A stretch of DNA of 64,000 nucleotides from Chromatiales bacterium (GCA_027010265.1 JALVCE010000074.1:17269-81268), one strand, 5' to 3'; numbered from the stretch's first letter, positions 38,352 to 48,798 are shown. Made by a program: numbers and translations. The notes: generated by a model not told the origin, from the letters alone.

Positions 38352-39593
38352 ATGAGTCTGATTAACCAGATGCTGCGTGACCTGGAACAACGCCGTACCG
38401 CGGAGGCCGGTGTCTCACCCTTGGGCGGCTTGAGTGCCAGCGGTCCGGTTAACCCGTCTTTTACTTTCACCCTGAATTATCCTTTCCTTCTGTTACTGCT
38501 CGTGCTGTTTTTCGTGGTGAGCGTGGTGGTGGCCTATATTCTCGGAGAGAGGCAACAGGACGCTGGTGTGCAATCAGCGTCAATTTCCCGTGTTGAGCAA
38601 AAACCACTTCAGGTGTTGGCGCCGACCGGTTCGGTGAGTGTGGTGTCCGTTGCGGGGCCGTCGCGCGCGGTGAGTACGGCGGCGCTCGTTGCGCAGGAAC
38701 AGTCTCATCATGAGACAGCACAAAAACAGAACCAGGGGGTATCACAACAGGCCGTACCCGTGCAGGCGGTGAAAAAGCCGATGCAGTCCGGCAAGGCCAT
38801 TGCTGCGGCTGTTTCACCTCTAGTTGAACCCACAAAGCAAAAAGACACAGCCGGCAGTGTACAGGTAACGCCGGCGAGGATGCAGGTCTCTGCTGAAATC
38901 ACTGGCGAGGCATCATCACCGGTGGGGGAAAAAGAGATCAACAAAACCCTTAGGCCATTGACCGATGAACAGCGTGCACAGCTGGGTTTTCAACGCGCGG
39001 TGAAGCTGTTGGGCAACGGCAAGACTGCGGCGGCGCAGGTGACACTTGAGGAGGCCTTGGCCATTTCCCCTGGTCATGTCCAGGCGCGGGAAACCCTTGC
39101 GGCAGTGTTGCTGAATTCGGGACGGGTCAGCGAGGCGGCCAGCCGTCTGCGTGAAGGCTTGCAAATCGCGCCCGGGGCAACCCCATTGGCCCGCTTGTAT
39201 GCGCGCATCCTGGTGGATCAGGGTGATGTGAGTGGCGCCGTGAATGTGCTGGAACGCGCCGGCCCGGCGGTGTCGGAGGATCCCGATTATTATGCCTTGC
39301 TTGCCGCTTTGTACCGGCAGGAACAAAAGCATGCGCAAGCGGCACAGGTGTATCAGCAGATACTCATGCAACGTCCCGGGGTGGCTTCCTGGTGGATGGG
39401 GTTGGCCCTGTCGCAGGACGCCATGGGTGAAGCGCCTGCTGCCTTGAAGGCCTACCAGCGTGCCCAACGTGCCGGGGGTTTGAGTGGCGAGGTATTAGCT
39501 TACGTACGATCGCGCATCGCTGCATTGACTCCGGTGGAAAGGGCCGTCGTGGCAGAAGGTGTTGGCGGCGACATGGACGAGTTTGAGGAATAG
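38352..39593 (+). CDS. mshN: MSHA biogenesis TPR protein MshN
   Basis: MSLINQMLRDLEQR N-terminus; C-terminal TPRs with WWMGLAL. Confidence 0.88.
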   Translation: MSLINQMLRDLEQRRTAEAGVSPLGGLSASGPVNPSFTFTLNYPFLLLLLVLFFVVSVVVAYILGERQQDAGVQSASISRVEQKPLQVLAPTGSVSVVSVAGPSRAVSTAALVAQEQSHHETAQKQNQGVSQQAVPVQAVKKPMQSGKAIAAAVSPLVEPTKQKDTAGSVQVTPARMQVSAEITGEASSPVGEKEINKTLRPLTDEQRAQLGFQRAVKLLGNGKTAAAQVTLEEALAISPGHVQARETLAAVLLNSGRVSEAASRLREGLQIAPGATPLARLYARILVDQGDVSGAVNVLERAGPAVSEDPDYYALLAALYRQEQKHAQAAQVYQQILMQRPGVASWWMGLALSQDAMGEAPAALKAYQRAQRAGGLSGEVLAYVRSRIAALTPVERAVVAEGVGGDMDEFEE

Positions 39594-39595
39594 AC

Positions 39596-41302
39596 ATGTC
39601 AGCACAGCCAAAACGAATCCGTCTGGGTGATTTGCTGGTAGAGCACAAGCTCATCTCCGAGAGCCAGTTGAATGCGGCTCTGGAGGAACAGAAAAAGTCT
39701 GGTCACAAGCTGGGCCGGGTGTTGATCGAAAACGGCTTCGTCAAGGAAGACGACGTGTTGAATCTGCTGTCGCGTCAGCTCAACGTGCCGTTTGTGGATC
39801 TGAGCAATTTTCAGTTCAAGCCCGAGGTGGTGAACAAGCTGCCGGAGACCGCGGCGCGGCGTTTTCGCGCACTGGCCCTGGAGGAGACCCCGGAGGGCCT
39901 GCTGGTGGGCATGGCGGATCCCACCAATATCTTCGCCTATGACGACCTGGTGCGTGTGGTGAAGGGTCCGATCAAGGTGGCGGTGGTGAAGGAAGGCGAC
40001 CTGGTGGCGGCCATCGACAAGGTCTACCAGCATGGCGCCGAGATCCAGAACCTCGCCACGGAGATCGGTGAGGACATGGCGGAAAATGTCTTCGACCTGA
40101 GTTCACTGGACCAGGTGGTGAGCCAGTCCGATGCACCTGTGGTGAGGCTCATCGAGACCGTGTTCGAGGACGCCCTGGCGGCCAATGCCTCGGATATTCA
40201 TATCGAGCCGGACGAAACCGTGTTGCGCATCCGCCGGCGCATCGATGGCGTGTTGCAGGAGCAGGTGATGGACGAGAAATCTATCGTACCGGCCCTGGTA
40301 TCGCGCCTGAAACTCATGGCCGGGTTGGACATTGCCGAGCGCCGTCTGCCCCAGGATGGGCGCTTCAATATCAAGCTGAAGAACAAGACGGTGGACGTGC
40401 GCTTCTCCACCATGCCTACGCAATACGGCGAGGCAGTGGTGATGCGCCTGCTGGACCATTCCGCCGGCGTGCAGGGCCTGGACCGGATCGGCCTGTCCGA
40501 CGAACTGCGCACGCGCATCGACAAGGCCATCCGCCGGCCCCATGGCCTGTTGCTGGTCACCGGCCCCACCGGAAGCGGCAAGACCACCACCCTGTACGCC
40601 GCACTCAATGAACTGAACGTGCCGGAGAAAAAGATCATCACCGTGGAGGATCCGGTGGAGTATCGTCTGCCGCGCATCAATCAGGTGCAGATCAATCAAA
40701 AGGTGGGCCTGGACTTTGCCCGCGTGCTGCGCACCACATTACGTCAGGACCCGGACATCATCCTGGTGGGCGAGATCCGTGACCAGGAAACCGCGGAGAT
40801 CGCCCTGCGCGCCTCTATCACCGGCCACCTGGTGATGTCCACCCTGCACACCAATGATGCCATCAGCACCGCCCTGCGCCTCATCGACATGGGTGTGGAG
40901 GGTTTTCTGGTGGCTTCGGCGGTACACGCCATCGTCGCCCAGCGTCTGGTGCGGCGGATCTGTGACAAGTGTATCGCGGAGCAGCAACTGGATGCGGGTC
41001 AGCAGGCCTGGCTCAAATCTGCGGTGGGTGAGGAACGCGCCGCGACAATGACTTTTCACCACGGAACGGGGTGTCCCACCTGTGGCCATACCGGGTACCG
41101 TGGGCGTGCCGCGGTGCATGAAATGCTGGATATTACCAGTGACCTGGCCGACGCCTTGCGTAACCAGGATTATGCAGCCTTCAAGCAGCGCGCCCTGGAA
41201 CAGGAGCAGTTCACACCGCTGGTGGAAAGCGGCCTGAGCCTGACTGATCAGGGGATTACTACCATCGACGAAGTGATTCGCATCAGCGGTTGGATCGAAT
41301 AG
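39596..41302 (+). CDS. mshE: MSHA extension ATPase MshE with MshEN c-di-GMP-binding domain
   Basis: RLGDLLVEHKLISESQLNAALEEQ...KLGRVLIENG; GPTGSGKTTT; LRQDPD; Zn-binding Cys motifs. Confidence 0.95.
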   Translation: MSAQPKRIRLGDLLVEHKLISESQLNAALEEQKKSGHKLGRVLIENGFVKEDDVLNLLSRQLNVPFVDLSNFQFKPEVVNKLPETAARRFRALALEETPEGLLVGMADPTNIFAYDDLVRVVKGPIKVAVVKEGDLVAAIDKVYQHGAEIQNLATEIGEDMAENVFDLSSLDQVVSQSDAPVVRLIETVFEDALAANASDIHIEPDETVLRIRRRIDGVLQEQVMDEKSIVPALVSRLKLMAGLDIAERRLPQDGRFNIKLKNKTVDVRFSTMPTQYGEAVVMRLLDHSAGVQGLDRIGLSDELRTRIDKAIRRPHGLLLVTGPTGSGKTTTLYAALNELNVPEKKIITVEDPVEYRLPRINQVQINQKVGLDFARVLRTTLRQDPDIILVGEIRDQETAEIALRASITGHLVMSTLHTNDAISTALRLIDMGVEGFLVASAVHAIVAQRLVRRICDKCIAEQQLDAGQQAWLKSAVGEERAATMTFHHGTGCPTCGHTGYRGRAAVHEMLDITSDLADALRNQDYAAFKQRALEQEQFTPLVESGLSLTDQGITTIDEVIRISGWIE

Positions 41303-41319
41303 GACTCCCGGAAACAGTT

Positions 41320-42540
41320 ATGCCCCTCTTCCAGTACAAGGCGCGCGGTAATCGTGGAGACGCCATCGAAGGCACCATCGAGGCGGTGAGCGCCGATGCG
41401 GTGGCCTCGCAATTACTGGAAAGCGGCGTGACTCCCATCGACATTCGTATCGCCCAGACAGGCGCGTCAACGGAGATCGATTTTTCCAAACTGTTCGTGG
41501 AAAAAGTCACGGATACCGATATCATCCAGTTTTCCCGGCAGATGCACAGCCTGACCAAGGCCGGTGTACCCATGCTGAGCGCCATGCACGGACTTTCACA
41601 ATCCACGAAGAACCCAACCCTGGCAGAAGCGATTACGAACATCACCTTGAGCCTCGAATCCGGGCGTGACCTGGCAACCTCGTTTAATGAGCATCCAAAG
41701 ATTTTTTCGTTGTTTTATGTTTCGATGATCCGTATTGGTGAGACCACCGGCCAGTTGGATGTGATTTTCGATCAATTGGCGCGTTACCTGGAGCGAGACA
41801 AACGTACCCGGGACCAGATCAAGTCTGCCTTGCGTTATCCCAGTTTTGTGCTCATTGCCATCGCCATCGCCATCGCCGTGATCAACCTGTTCGTGATACC
41901 GGCCTTTGCCGGTGTCTTCGCCCGGTTCCAAGCCGAACTACCCTTGCCCACCCGAATACTGATGGCGATATCCGAATTCAGCGTCACCTACTGGCCGCAA
42001 TTACTGGGTGTGTTGGTGGTGATACTGCTGGGCATCAGGCATTACATAAATACCGATGAGGGTCGCTATCGCTGGGATAAATTCAAGCTCAGACTGCCCC
42101 TGGCGGGAGACATTATTTACCGTGCAACACTGGCGCGGTTTTCACGCCTGTTTTCCATGTCAATCAAGGCCGGGGTACCCCTGATCACCGCGCTCACCGT
42201 AGTGGCCAAGGCGCTGGACAATACCTATGTGGAGGAGCGCCTGCTGGGTATGCAGACCGGCATCGAGCGGGGTGAGTCCATTACCCGTACTGCATCGGCC
42301 ACCGGGATGTTCGATGCGCTGGTGTTACAAATGATGGCGGTGGGTGAAGAAACCGGCTCCATTGACACCCTGCTGGGTGAGGTGGCCGAATTTTACGAAG
42401 CGGAAGTGGAAAATGATATCGACAAACTCAGTGCGCGCATCGAGCCTATTCTGACCGTGGTGATCGCCGGCATCGTGCTGGTGCTGGCCCTGGGTGTGTT
42501 CTTACCAATGTGGAACCTGGGTGAGGTGGCGATCAAGTAA
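41320..42540 (+). CDS. mshG: MSHA inner-membrane platform protein MshG (GspF/PilC family)
   Basis: MPLFQYKAR, GETTGQLD, ALRYPSF, VGEETGSID, LGVFLPMW. Confidence 0.94.
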   Translation: MPLFQYKARGNRGDAIEGTIEAVSADAVASQLLESGVTPIDIRIAQTGASTEIDFSKLFVEKVTDTDIIQFSRQMHSLTKAGVPMLSAMHGLSQSTKNPTLAEAITNITLSLESGRDLATSFNEHPKIFSLFYVSMIRIGETTGQLDVIFDQLARYLERDKRTRDQIKSALRYPSFVLIAIAIAIAVINLFVIPAFAGVFARFQAELPLPTRILMAISEFSVTYWPQLLGVLVVILLGIRHYINTDEGRYRWDKFKLRLPLAGDIIYRATLARFSRLFSMSIKAGVPLITALTVVAKALDNTYVEERLLGMQTGIERGESITRTASATGMFDALVLQMMAVGEETGSIDTLLGEVAEFYEAEVENDIDKLSARIEPILTVVIAGIVLVLALGVFLPMWNLGEVAIK

Positions 42541-42704
42541 AGCCTCTGAAAAGCCCAAGTAAAAAAAATCGATAATTCGTAAAGTTTTTCTCAGCCAAGT
42601 CCGATAGTTACAACGAATGGGGCAAGATCAGTGCAATCAAGGCACATAAATGGGTACAGCCGCCCCTAACCATTGAATCACTAGCAAAAGTTGGAGACAG
42701 GAAC

Positions 42705-43136
42705 ATGAAAAAGCAAAGCGGTTTTACCCTCATTGAGTTGGTAATGGTAATCGTTATTTTGGGCATTCTCGCGGCCACGGCATTGCCGAAGTTCGCCGAT
42801 TTGACGGGGGATGCGCGTCAGGCATCAGTGGAAGGATTGTTGGGCGCAGTGAACTCCACTATGGCTATCGTTCACGCCCAGGCCCTGGTGGACAACGTGG
42901 CGACGTCCGCATCCGGTGATAGCGTCACCATCGAAGGCCAAACTATCAATCTGGTGTACGGCTATCCGGATGATGCCGATATCGATAACGCCCTGAATTT
43001 CTCTACTGATTTTACATTTGCAGCGACAGGCACTAGCTCCACGTTTACCCTGCAGACCAACTGCCTGGTAACATACAATGAAGCAACCAGCGCCACCGTT
43101 CCTGCAACGGCTTCCGTGACAGTGTCTGGCTGTTAA
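42705..43136 (+). CDS. mshA: MSHA major pilin
   Basis: MKKQSG|FTLIELVMVIVILGILAATALPKF; C-terminal Cys pair; GGAG RBS; downstream terminator. Confidence 0.88.
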   Translation: MKKQSGFTLIELVMVIVILGILAATALPKFADLTGDARQASVEGLLGAVNSTMAIVHAQALVDNVATSASGDSVTIEGQTINLVYGYPDDADIDNALNFSTDFTFAATGTSSTFTLQTNCLVTYNEATSATVPATASVTVSGC

Positions 43137-43198
43137 CAGGTCGCTGAATGCACGAAAAGATCATGGTCAGGCGCCATGATCGATAAATGCTGACATTG

Positions 43199-43235
43199 AT
43201 AAGCCAGGTCGCGAAAGCCGCCTGGCTTATTTTTT
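43199..43235 (+). terminator. Intrinsic terminator/attenuator after mshA
   Basis: ATAAGCCAGG...CCTGGCTTAT followed by TTTTT. Confidence 0.7.
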
Positions 43236-43239
43236 GAAA

Positions 43240-46200
43240 ATGAAACCAATGTGTCTATTCATGTCGACATTGTCAAACCGGCTTCTCCTGTGCTGGGTGC
43301 TGCTTTTCGTGCCGGGTATGGTACAGGCCGCGAGTTACACGTTTGATGACACGGTGCCCTTTGCCTGGGAAACGGCCAGCACCGATGTGGTCTGGGAGCA
43401 GGTGGACACCGCTTATCCCATCGATGATGACAAGCAATTGGTGAATATCGGATTTACCTTCAACTTTGGTGGTATTGATTACACCCAGGTGCGAATACTT
43501 TCCAATGGCGCACTGCATTTCGGCGCCAATCAGGGATTCCACAAGGACTGGAATAACGAGAACATGCCCATTACTACGGCGCAAAACGGGCCGGGTTTCG
43601 AAGAGCCTGCTGACCGGGTGATTGCACCTTATTGGGATGATCTGCAACCCGGGTCAGGTGGAACAGTGCGTTACAGTCTGTTGGGCAGTGCACCCAATAG
43701 GCGTTTTGTGGTGAGTTGGGAAGCGGTTCCACATTACAATCTATCAGGACTGTACACAGCGCAAGTCATCCTCTATGAAAATGGTGATATAAAGTTTCAG
43801 TATGGTGGTGGTGCGACGAATGGCACCAGTGCAACCATTGGTGTGGAGGTGAATGATAGCGATTTCACCCAATACTCTTTTGAAACCAATGCCGTTACCA
43901 ATGGCGATGCGATTCTGTTCTCGCCGACACGGCATTACGCCATCAGCCACGGCGGTTTTGCCGATCTTTGCACAGCAACAAACATTGCTATCAGTCGTCA
44001 TTATGGTTCGCACATAACGGATAGTAGTGGTTTCACCGGCACGATCAATCTTTCTACTTCCACGGGCAATGGCAGCTGGTCGCTGGTAACCGGCAGTGGA
44101 ACACTGACCGATCTGGGTGGCGGCAATGCCACCTATGCCTATGCGGCGGGTGATGCCGGGCAGGTGGTTCTGGGTTTGCGGAATACCGTAGCCGAGACCC
44201 TGAATATCAATCTCAGTGACGGCACCAACAGCGAAGACCCCAGCGAGGATGCCGACCTGGTGTTTTCCAATACTGGGAGCGCCACCTTTCTGGACACCTT
44301 TGGATCGAACTCCTATGCAGGCAACGATGGCACCAACAACTGGACCGGTGATTGGGTAGAGTTCAATGATAACAATAATTCCAATAGTGGTGACGAGCGC
44401 ATTCGCAATGACCAGGGTAGCCGGCGCCTCCAGGTGCAGGATAACGATGGTGGTGGCGAGGGTGTCTGGCGGGAGGCGGATCTGTCGGGTTTCCCGGCTG
44501 GAGCCACGGCGACGCTGAGTTTTGATTACCGTCGGCGGGGTCTGGATAACGTGAATGATTACGTAGCCATTCAGGTGTCTGCCGATGGTGGAAGCAGTTG
44601 GAGCGAATTGGGGCGTCTCAGCGGGCCGGCAAACGATGGCGGTTATACAACGACCAGCTACGATATTACCGCGGCCATGGCGGCCAATACCCGCATCCGT
44701 TTCATCACATCACCGACCATGGGGAATAATGATCGCGTCTATTTTGATAATGTCCAGATTGCCGTCGACTGGACGGTCAGCTGTCCGACGCTGGATCATT
44801 TTGTCCTCAGCCATAACGGCACGGGGATTCATTGCTTGGCCGAGGGCATTGCAGTCAGTGCCCGCCTGGCCGACAACAGCGTGGACACCTCTTACGTGGG
44901 CACCATTGTCCTGGATACCCAGAGTGGTGCGGGAAGCTGGACGCTGAGCAGCGGCGCCGGGGTATTCAGCGACGCCACGCCCAACGACGGCCTGGCCACT
45001 TACACCTTTGCCGCAGCCGACAATGGCGCGGCCAGTTTCCTGCTTGATTATCAGACCGGCACGCCCAGCATCGATGTGGATGCCTATGATGGCGCGATTC
45101 GCGACGACGATAGCGAGGGGCTGCTGGTATTTTCCCCCAGTGGCTTTACCGTTACCGCAGCGGCCTTGAGCAATCCGCCACCAGGCACCATTGATACCAC
45201 CATCCCGGCGCAAACGGCGGCCAGCGATTTCCCGTTATACCTCGCCGCCTATGGCACCACAGCCAATGATCCCGTGTGCGGCATCATCGAATCCTACACC
45301 GGGGCGAAGAACCTCAAGTTCTGGTCCAGCTATATTGATCCGGCCACGGGCACCCTTCCCGTGCAGGTGGATACGGTCAACGCATTTGGCAGCGAGGCGG
45401 CGGCGGATGCGGGCGCCAGCCAGAGCGTCACCTTCAGCAGTGGCCAGGCGGTGATCACCGTCAATTATGCGGATGTGGGCCAGATAAGCCTGGCCATGAA
45501 GGACGACACGGTGACGGCCGATCTGCCCACGGGGATCCGCGGCACGAGCAATGCCTTTGTGGTCAAGCCCGCCGGTTTTGTGCTGAGCGCCATTCAGCGC
45601 ACCAGCGATGGCTTTGCCAACCCCGGCACGGCAACGGACGAAAACGGTGCGGCCTTCATGGCGGCGGGCGATGATTTTTCCGTGACCGTCACCGCGGTGA
45701 ACAGCCTGGGCAATGCCACGCCCAACTATGGCCAGGAGAGCACGCCGGAGACGGTGCTGCTTACGCCCTCCCTGGTGGCGGCGGGGGCGGCGAACAATCC
45801 CGCCATCGCCTTTACCACGGGGTTTGATGGCTTCGTCAATGGCGTGGACACCGGCACCGATTTTCACTGGGACGAGGTGGGCATCATCACCCTCACCCCC
45901 AGCGTGGGTGATGGCGATTATCTTGGCGGCGGGGATGTCACCGGCACGGTGAGCGCCAATGTGGGGCGTTTTTACCCGGATCATTTCGTCACCGCAACGA
46001 CCCAAGGCAGCTTCGCCAATGCCTGTACCAGCGGCGCCGGGTTTACTTACATCGGGCAAAGCTTCGGCTATCTGGGTAGTCCCACGGTAACCGCCACGGC
46101 GCAAAGCGCGGTGAACACCACCACCGCCAATTACACCGGTGCCTGGGCCAAACTGACCGTGGGTGGAGTCACTCTGGCTTATCCCACGGCCGACAATTCC

Positions 46201-46881
46201 CAGTTAGACGAGAATGGCGTGCTGGCCATTGCTGTCAACAGCACGGCGGGCACGCCGTCCCGCACCGACAACGCCGATGGCTCTCTGACGTTCACCCTGG
46301 GTGGCGCCAGTGCCGACAGTTTCGCCTATGCGCGCAGCGCCGGCCAGGTGCCGCCCTTTTCCAGTGATCTGAGCATTTCCTTGACCGCCGTCAGCGATGG
46401 CGAGGCCAGCGCCGGCGATACCCCGCGCAGTATCAATCCCGTGGGTAATCTGCAGCGATTTGGCCGCGGCTTCGCCCAGGATGTGTACGGCACCATGAGC
46501 CAGGTGGGAGACAGCCTGGTGATGCCCGTGGGTGCCTGGTACCTGACGGCGGGGAATGTGTGGGCCCAGAATACCGATGACTCGTGCTCTACTTACAGTT
46601 ATACCAAGACCGATACCGACATCAGCGCCACAGCGGCGCCTGCCAGTCCGGTGACGCTGAGCAGCGGCGCGGGTGATTTGACCCTGACCCTGACGGGTGG
46701 GGGCAACCCCGGTGGCAGCAGCCTGGTGGACACCGTCTGGCCCAGTTGGTTGCAGTTCGACTATGACGGTGTGGACCAGCTGTCCGATGGCAACAGCTAC
46801 GACGACAATAGCTCGGCCACCGCCACCTTCGGCATCTTCCGCGGCGACGACCGTTACCTGTATTGGCGCGAGGCCCCCTAG
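43240..46881 (+). CDS. mshQ: MshQ-like pilus tip adhesin (nidogen-like and jelly-roll N-terminal domains, conserved MshQ-type C-terminus)
   Basis: Signal peptide; IGFTFNFGG...SNG...IAPYWDDL; NVGRFYPDHF; C-terminal ATFGIFRGDDRYLYWRE. Start uncertain (43240-43261). Confidence 0.8.
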   Translation: MKPMCLFMSTLSNRLLLCWVLLFVPGMVQAASYTFDDTVPFAWETASTDVVWEQVDTAYPIDDDKQLVNIGFTFNFGGIDYTQVRILSNGALHFGANQGFHKDWNNENMPITTAQNGPGFEEPADRVIAPYWDDLQPGSGGTVRYSLLGSAPNRRFVVSWEAVPHYNLSGLYTAQVILYENGDIKFQYGGGATNGTSATIGVEVNDSDFTQYSFETNAVTNGDAILFSPTRHYAISHGGFADLCTATNIAISRHYGSHITDSSGFTGTINLSTSTGNGSWSLVTGSGTLTDLGGGNATYAYAAGDAGQVVLGLRNTVAETLNINLSDGTNSEDPSEDADLVFSNTGSATFLDTFGSNSYAGNDGTNNWTGDWVEFNDNNNSNSGDERIRNDQGSRRLQVQDNDGGGEGVWREADLSGFPAGATATLSFDYRRRGLDNVNDYVAIQVSADGGSSWSELGRLSGPANDGGYTTTSYDITAAMAANTRIRFITSPTMGNNDRVYFDNVQIAVDWTVSCPTLDHFVLSHNGTGIHCLAEGIAVSARLADNSVDTSYVGTIVLDTQSGAGSWTLSSGAGVFSDATPNDGLATYTFAAADNGAASFLLDYQTGTPSIDVDAYDGAIRDDDSEGLLVFSPSGFTVTAAALSNPPPGTIDTTIPAQTAASDFPLYLAAYGTTANDPVCGIIESYTGAKNLKFWSSYIDPATGTLPVQVDTVNAFGSEAAADAGASQSVTFSSGQAVITVNYADVGQISLAMKDDTVTADLPTGIRGTSNAFVVKPAGFVLSAIQRTSDGFANPGTATDENGAAFMAAGDDFSVTVTAVNSLGNATPNYGQESTPETVLLTPSLVAAGAANNPAIAFTTGFDGFVNGVDTGTDFHWDEVGIITLTPSVGDGDYLGGGDVTGTVSANVGRFYPDHFVTATTQGSFANACTSGAGFTYIGQSFGYLGSPTVTATAQSAVNTTTANYTGAWAKLTVGGVTLAYPTADNSQLDENGVLAIAVNSTAGTPSRTDNADGSLTFTLGGASADSFAYARSAGQVPPFSSDLSISLTAVSDGEASAGDTPRSINPVGNLQRFGRGFAQDVYGTMSQVGDSLVMPVGAWYLTAGNVWAQNTDDSCSTYSYTKTDTDISATAAPASPVTLSSGAGDLTLTLTGGGNPGGSSLVDTVWPSWLQFDYDGVDQLSDGNSYDDNSSATATFGIFRGDDRYLYWREAP

Positions 46882-47321
46882 TGCACGGCTGCCGGCAAGC
46901 GGGGTTCACCCTGGTGGAGGTGGTGATGGTGATGATCATCATCGGCGCCCTGTCGGTGATAGCCGTGAGCAAGTACAACCGCGATGCCTTCGATGTGGCA
47001 GCCGCGGCCGGCGAGCTGGTACAGGCGATTCGCTATGCCCAGGACAAGTCCATGACCCATTCCGGGGCGACCAATTATCAGATCGAGATCAGCGCCTCGG
47101 GCTATAGCGTCACCCAGGGGGGCACCGCCATCGTGCACCCCGTGACCGGCGCCGCCGGCTACAGCAGGACCTGGTCGGACATCGGTTTCTCGCCCACGGC
47201 CACCATCGTCTTCGATGCCTATGGCGACCCGGGGTTGGCAACGCCGCTGAGCATTACCGTGAGCAAGGGGGCGGACAGCGACACGGTCACCGTGGAAGAC
47301 GTCACGGGGTTTGCACGATGA
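46881..47321 (+). CDS. mshC: Minor pilin MshC-like
   Basis: G|FTLVEVVMV; IRYAQ; FDAYGDP; GTG start overlaps the mshQ stop. Confidence 0.75.
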   Translation: MHGCRQAGFTLVEVVMVMIIIGALSVIAVSKYNRDAFDVAAAAGELVQAIRYAQDKSMTHSGATNYQIEISASGYSVTQGGTAIVHPVTGAAGYSRTWSDIGFSPTATIVFDAYGDPGLATPLSITVSKGADSDTVTVEDVTGFAR

Positions 47322-47845
47322 GGTCGCGTTTGTCACAAGGCGGTTTCACCCTGGTGGAAACCATCATCGTCATCGTCCTGTTGGGGGCCATGCTGGCGGG
47401 GATGACGGCGCTGTTCACGAACAATGTGGGCAAAAGTTACCGGCCTTATCTGCGCCAGCGGGCGCTGGCGGTGGCCAATGCCTTCATGGACGAGATCCTC
47501 AACAAGCGCTGGAATGAGGCCACCCCCCTGGGCGGTGGCTGTGTGAACACGGGCAGTGGCGCCTGTCCCACGGGGCCGGCGGCGGTGGCCATCGGCGCGG
47601 ATGGCGAGAGCCGCGCCACCTTCGACGACATCGATGACTACCACGGGCTCAATCAAACCCCGCCGCAGGATTCCTCGGGAGTGAACATGCCAGGCTACGG
47701 CGGGTACAGTGTTGCGGTGAGCGTGACCCAGCCGGGCGCGGCCTGGAATGGCGTGCCCGCCGCCGATGTGCGCCTGATTACCGTTAGCGTCACCTCCTCC
47801 AGCAATGAAACCATCACGGTTTCGGCCTACCGGGTGAATTTCTGA
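47318..47845 (+). CDS. mshD: Minor pilin MshD-like
   Basis: G|FTLVETII; GESRATFDDIDDYHG; C-terminal AYRVNF. Confidence 0.85.
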   Translation: MRSRLSQGGFTLVETIIVIVLLGAMLAGMTALFTNNVGKSYRPYLRQRALAVANAFMDEILNKRWNEATPLGGGCVNTGSGACPTGPAAVAIGADGESRATFDDIDDYHGLNQTPPQDSSGVNMPGYGGYSVAVSVTQPGAAWNGVPAADVRLITVSVTSSSNETITVSAYRVNF

Positions 47846-48798
47846 TGGCAGGCGAAGACACAAAAACGTTATTTGTTCCGTCATTCCGGCGAAGGCCGGA
47901 ATCCAGCGGGCTTGGATGGCATTTGGATTCCGGCCTTCGCCGGAATGACGAAAGTAAAAAATACGGGGCTCACGTCAAAAAAACGAAAGGTTTCACCCTG
48001 ATCGAACTGGTCACGGTGATCGTCCTGCTGGGCATCATCGCCGGCATCCTCACGCCCTTCATCGCCAAGGCCATGCAGGCCTATACCCACAGCAAGGCGC
48101 GGGCCATGCTGGTGGCCAAGGGGCGCCTCGCCCTGGAGCGCCTGGCCCGCGAGATTCACCAGGCGGTGCCCAACAGTCTCTCCGTGCTGGCCGGCGGGAC
48201 GGGTATCGAGTTTGTGCGCAGCCGTACGGGCGGGCGTTACGTGGCCCGCTTCGATGACTTCGGCAGCGAATTCTCCCGTATCAATCGGCGCTTCCGCAAA
48301 AACGCCAATCTCTCTGCTCTTTACGTGGTGGGCACCGGCCTGAGTCTGGCCGCCAATGATGTGCTGGTGATCGGCAACACCTCCCCGGCGGATCTGCAGG
48401 CGGGCAATACCTCGGCGGCGCTCACCGGCATCAGCGCCACCACAATGGGGGCGGATGGCACCACCAACGGGCAGATCCTGAGTTTTGCTTCCCAGCAGTT
48501 CAGTGTGGAATCACCGGGCAAACACTTCAGCATCGCGGATCAAACCGTGGAAGTGGGGCAGACGGGCGACGTCCTGCGCTGGTTCAGTTCCGCCGGTCTG
48601 ACCGACTACGATGGGGCCGTGGACTGGAGTAGTGCCGATCCGGCGCTGGTCGACGGGGTCTCCACGGTGGGCTTTACCTATTCGCCGGGCACACCGCAGT
48701 CCAGCGGGGTGCTGCGCGTGGACCTGCAGCTTGCCGATGCCGCCACCGGCCAGGCCATCCGGCTCTACCGGGAAATCCATGTGAGGAACACGCCATGA
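47845..48798 (+). CDS. mshO: Minor pilin MshO-like (leader contains a REP insertion)
   Basis: G|FTLIELVTV; ALERLAREIHQAVPNS; C-terminal EIHVRNTP; TGATG coupling with mshD. Confidence 0.85.
   Translation: MAGEDTKTLFVPSFRRRPESSGLGWHLDSGLRRNDESKKYGAHVKKTKGFTLIELVTVIVLLGIIAGILTPFIAKAMQAYTHSKARAMLVAKGRLALERLAREIHQAVPNSLSVLAGGTGIEFVRSRTGGRYVARFDDFGSEFSRINRRFRKNANLSALYVVGTGLSLAANDVLVIGNTSPADLQAGNTSAALTGISATTMGADGTTNGQILSFASQQFSVESPGKHFSIADQTVEVGQTGDVLRWFSSAGLTDYDGAVDWSSADPALVDGVSTVGFTYSPGTPQSSGVLRVDLQLADAATGQAIRLYREIHVRNTP
47879..47950. repeat. CGTC-type REP (72 bp) inside the mshO 5' end
   Basis: CGTCATTCCGGCGAAGGCCGGAATCCAG...TGGATTCCGGCCTTCGCCGGAATGACG. Confidence 0.88.

Noticed and set aside
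41857-41877. (GCCATC)n tandem repeat in mshG
   Set aside because: It encodes AIAIAIA in a TM helix, is in frame, and gives no sign of a phase-variation role.
42580-42607. Sigma28-like promoter before mshA (TAAAGTTT...TCCGATAG)
   Set aside because: The spacer is 12 rather than 11 nt and the -10 has mismatches; too weak to call.
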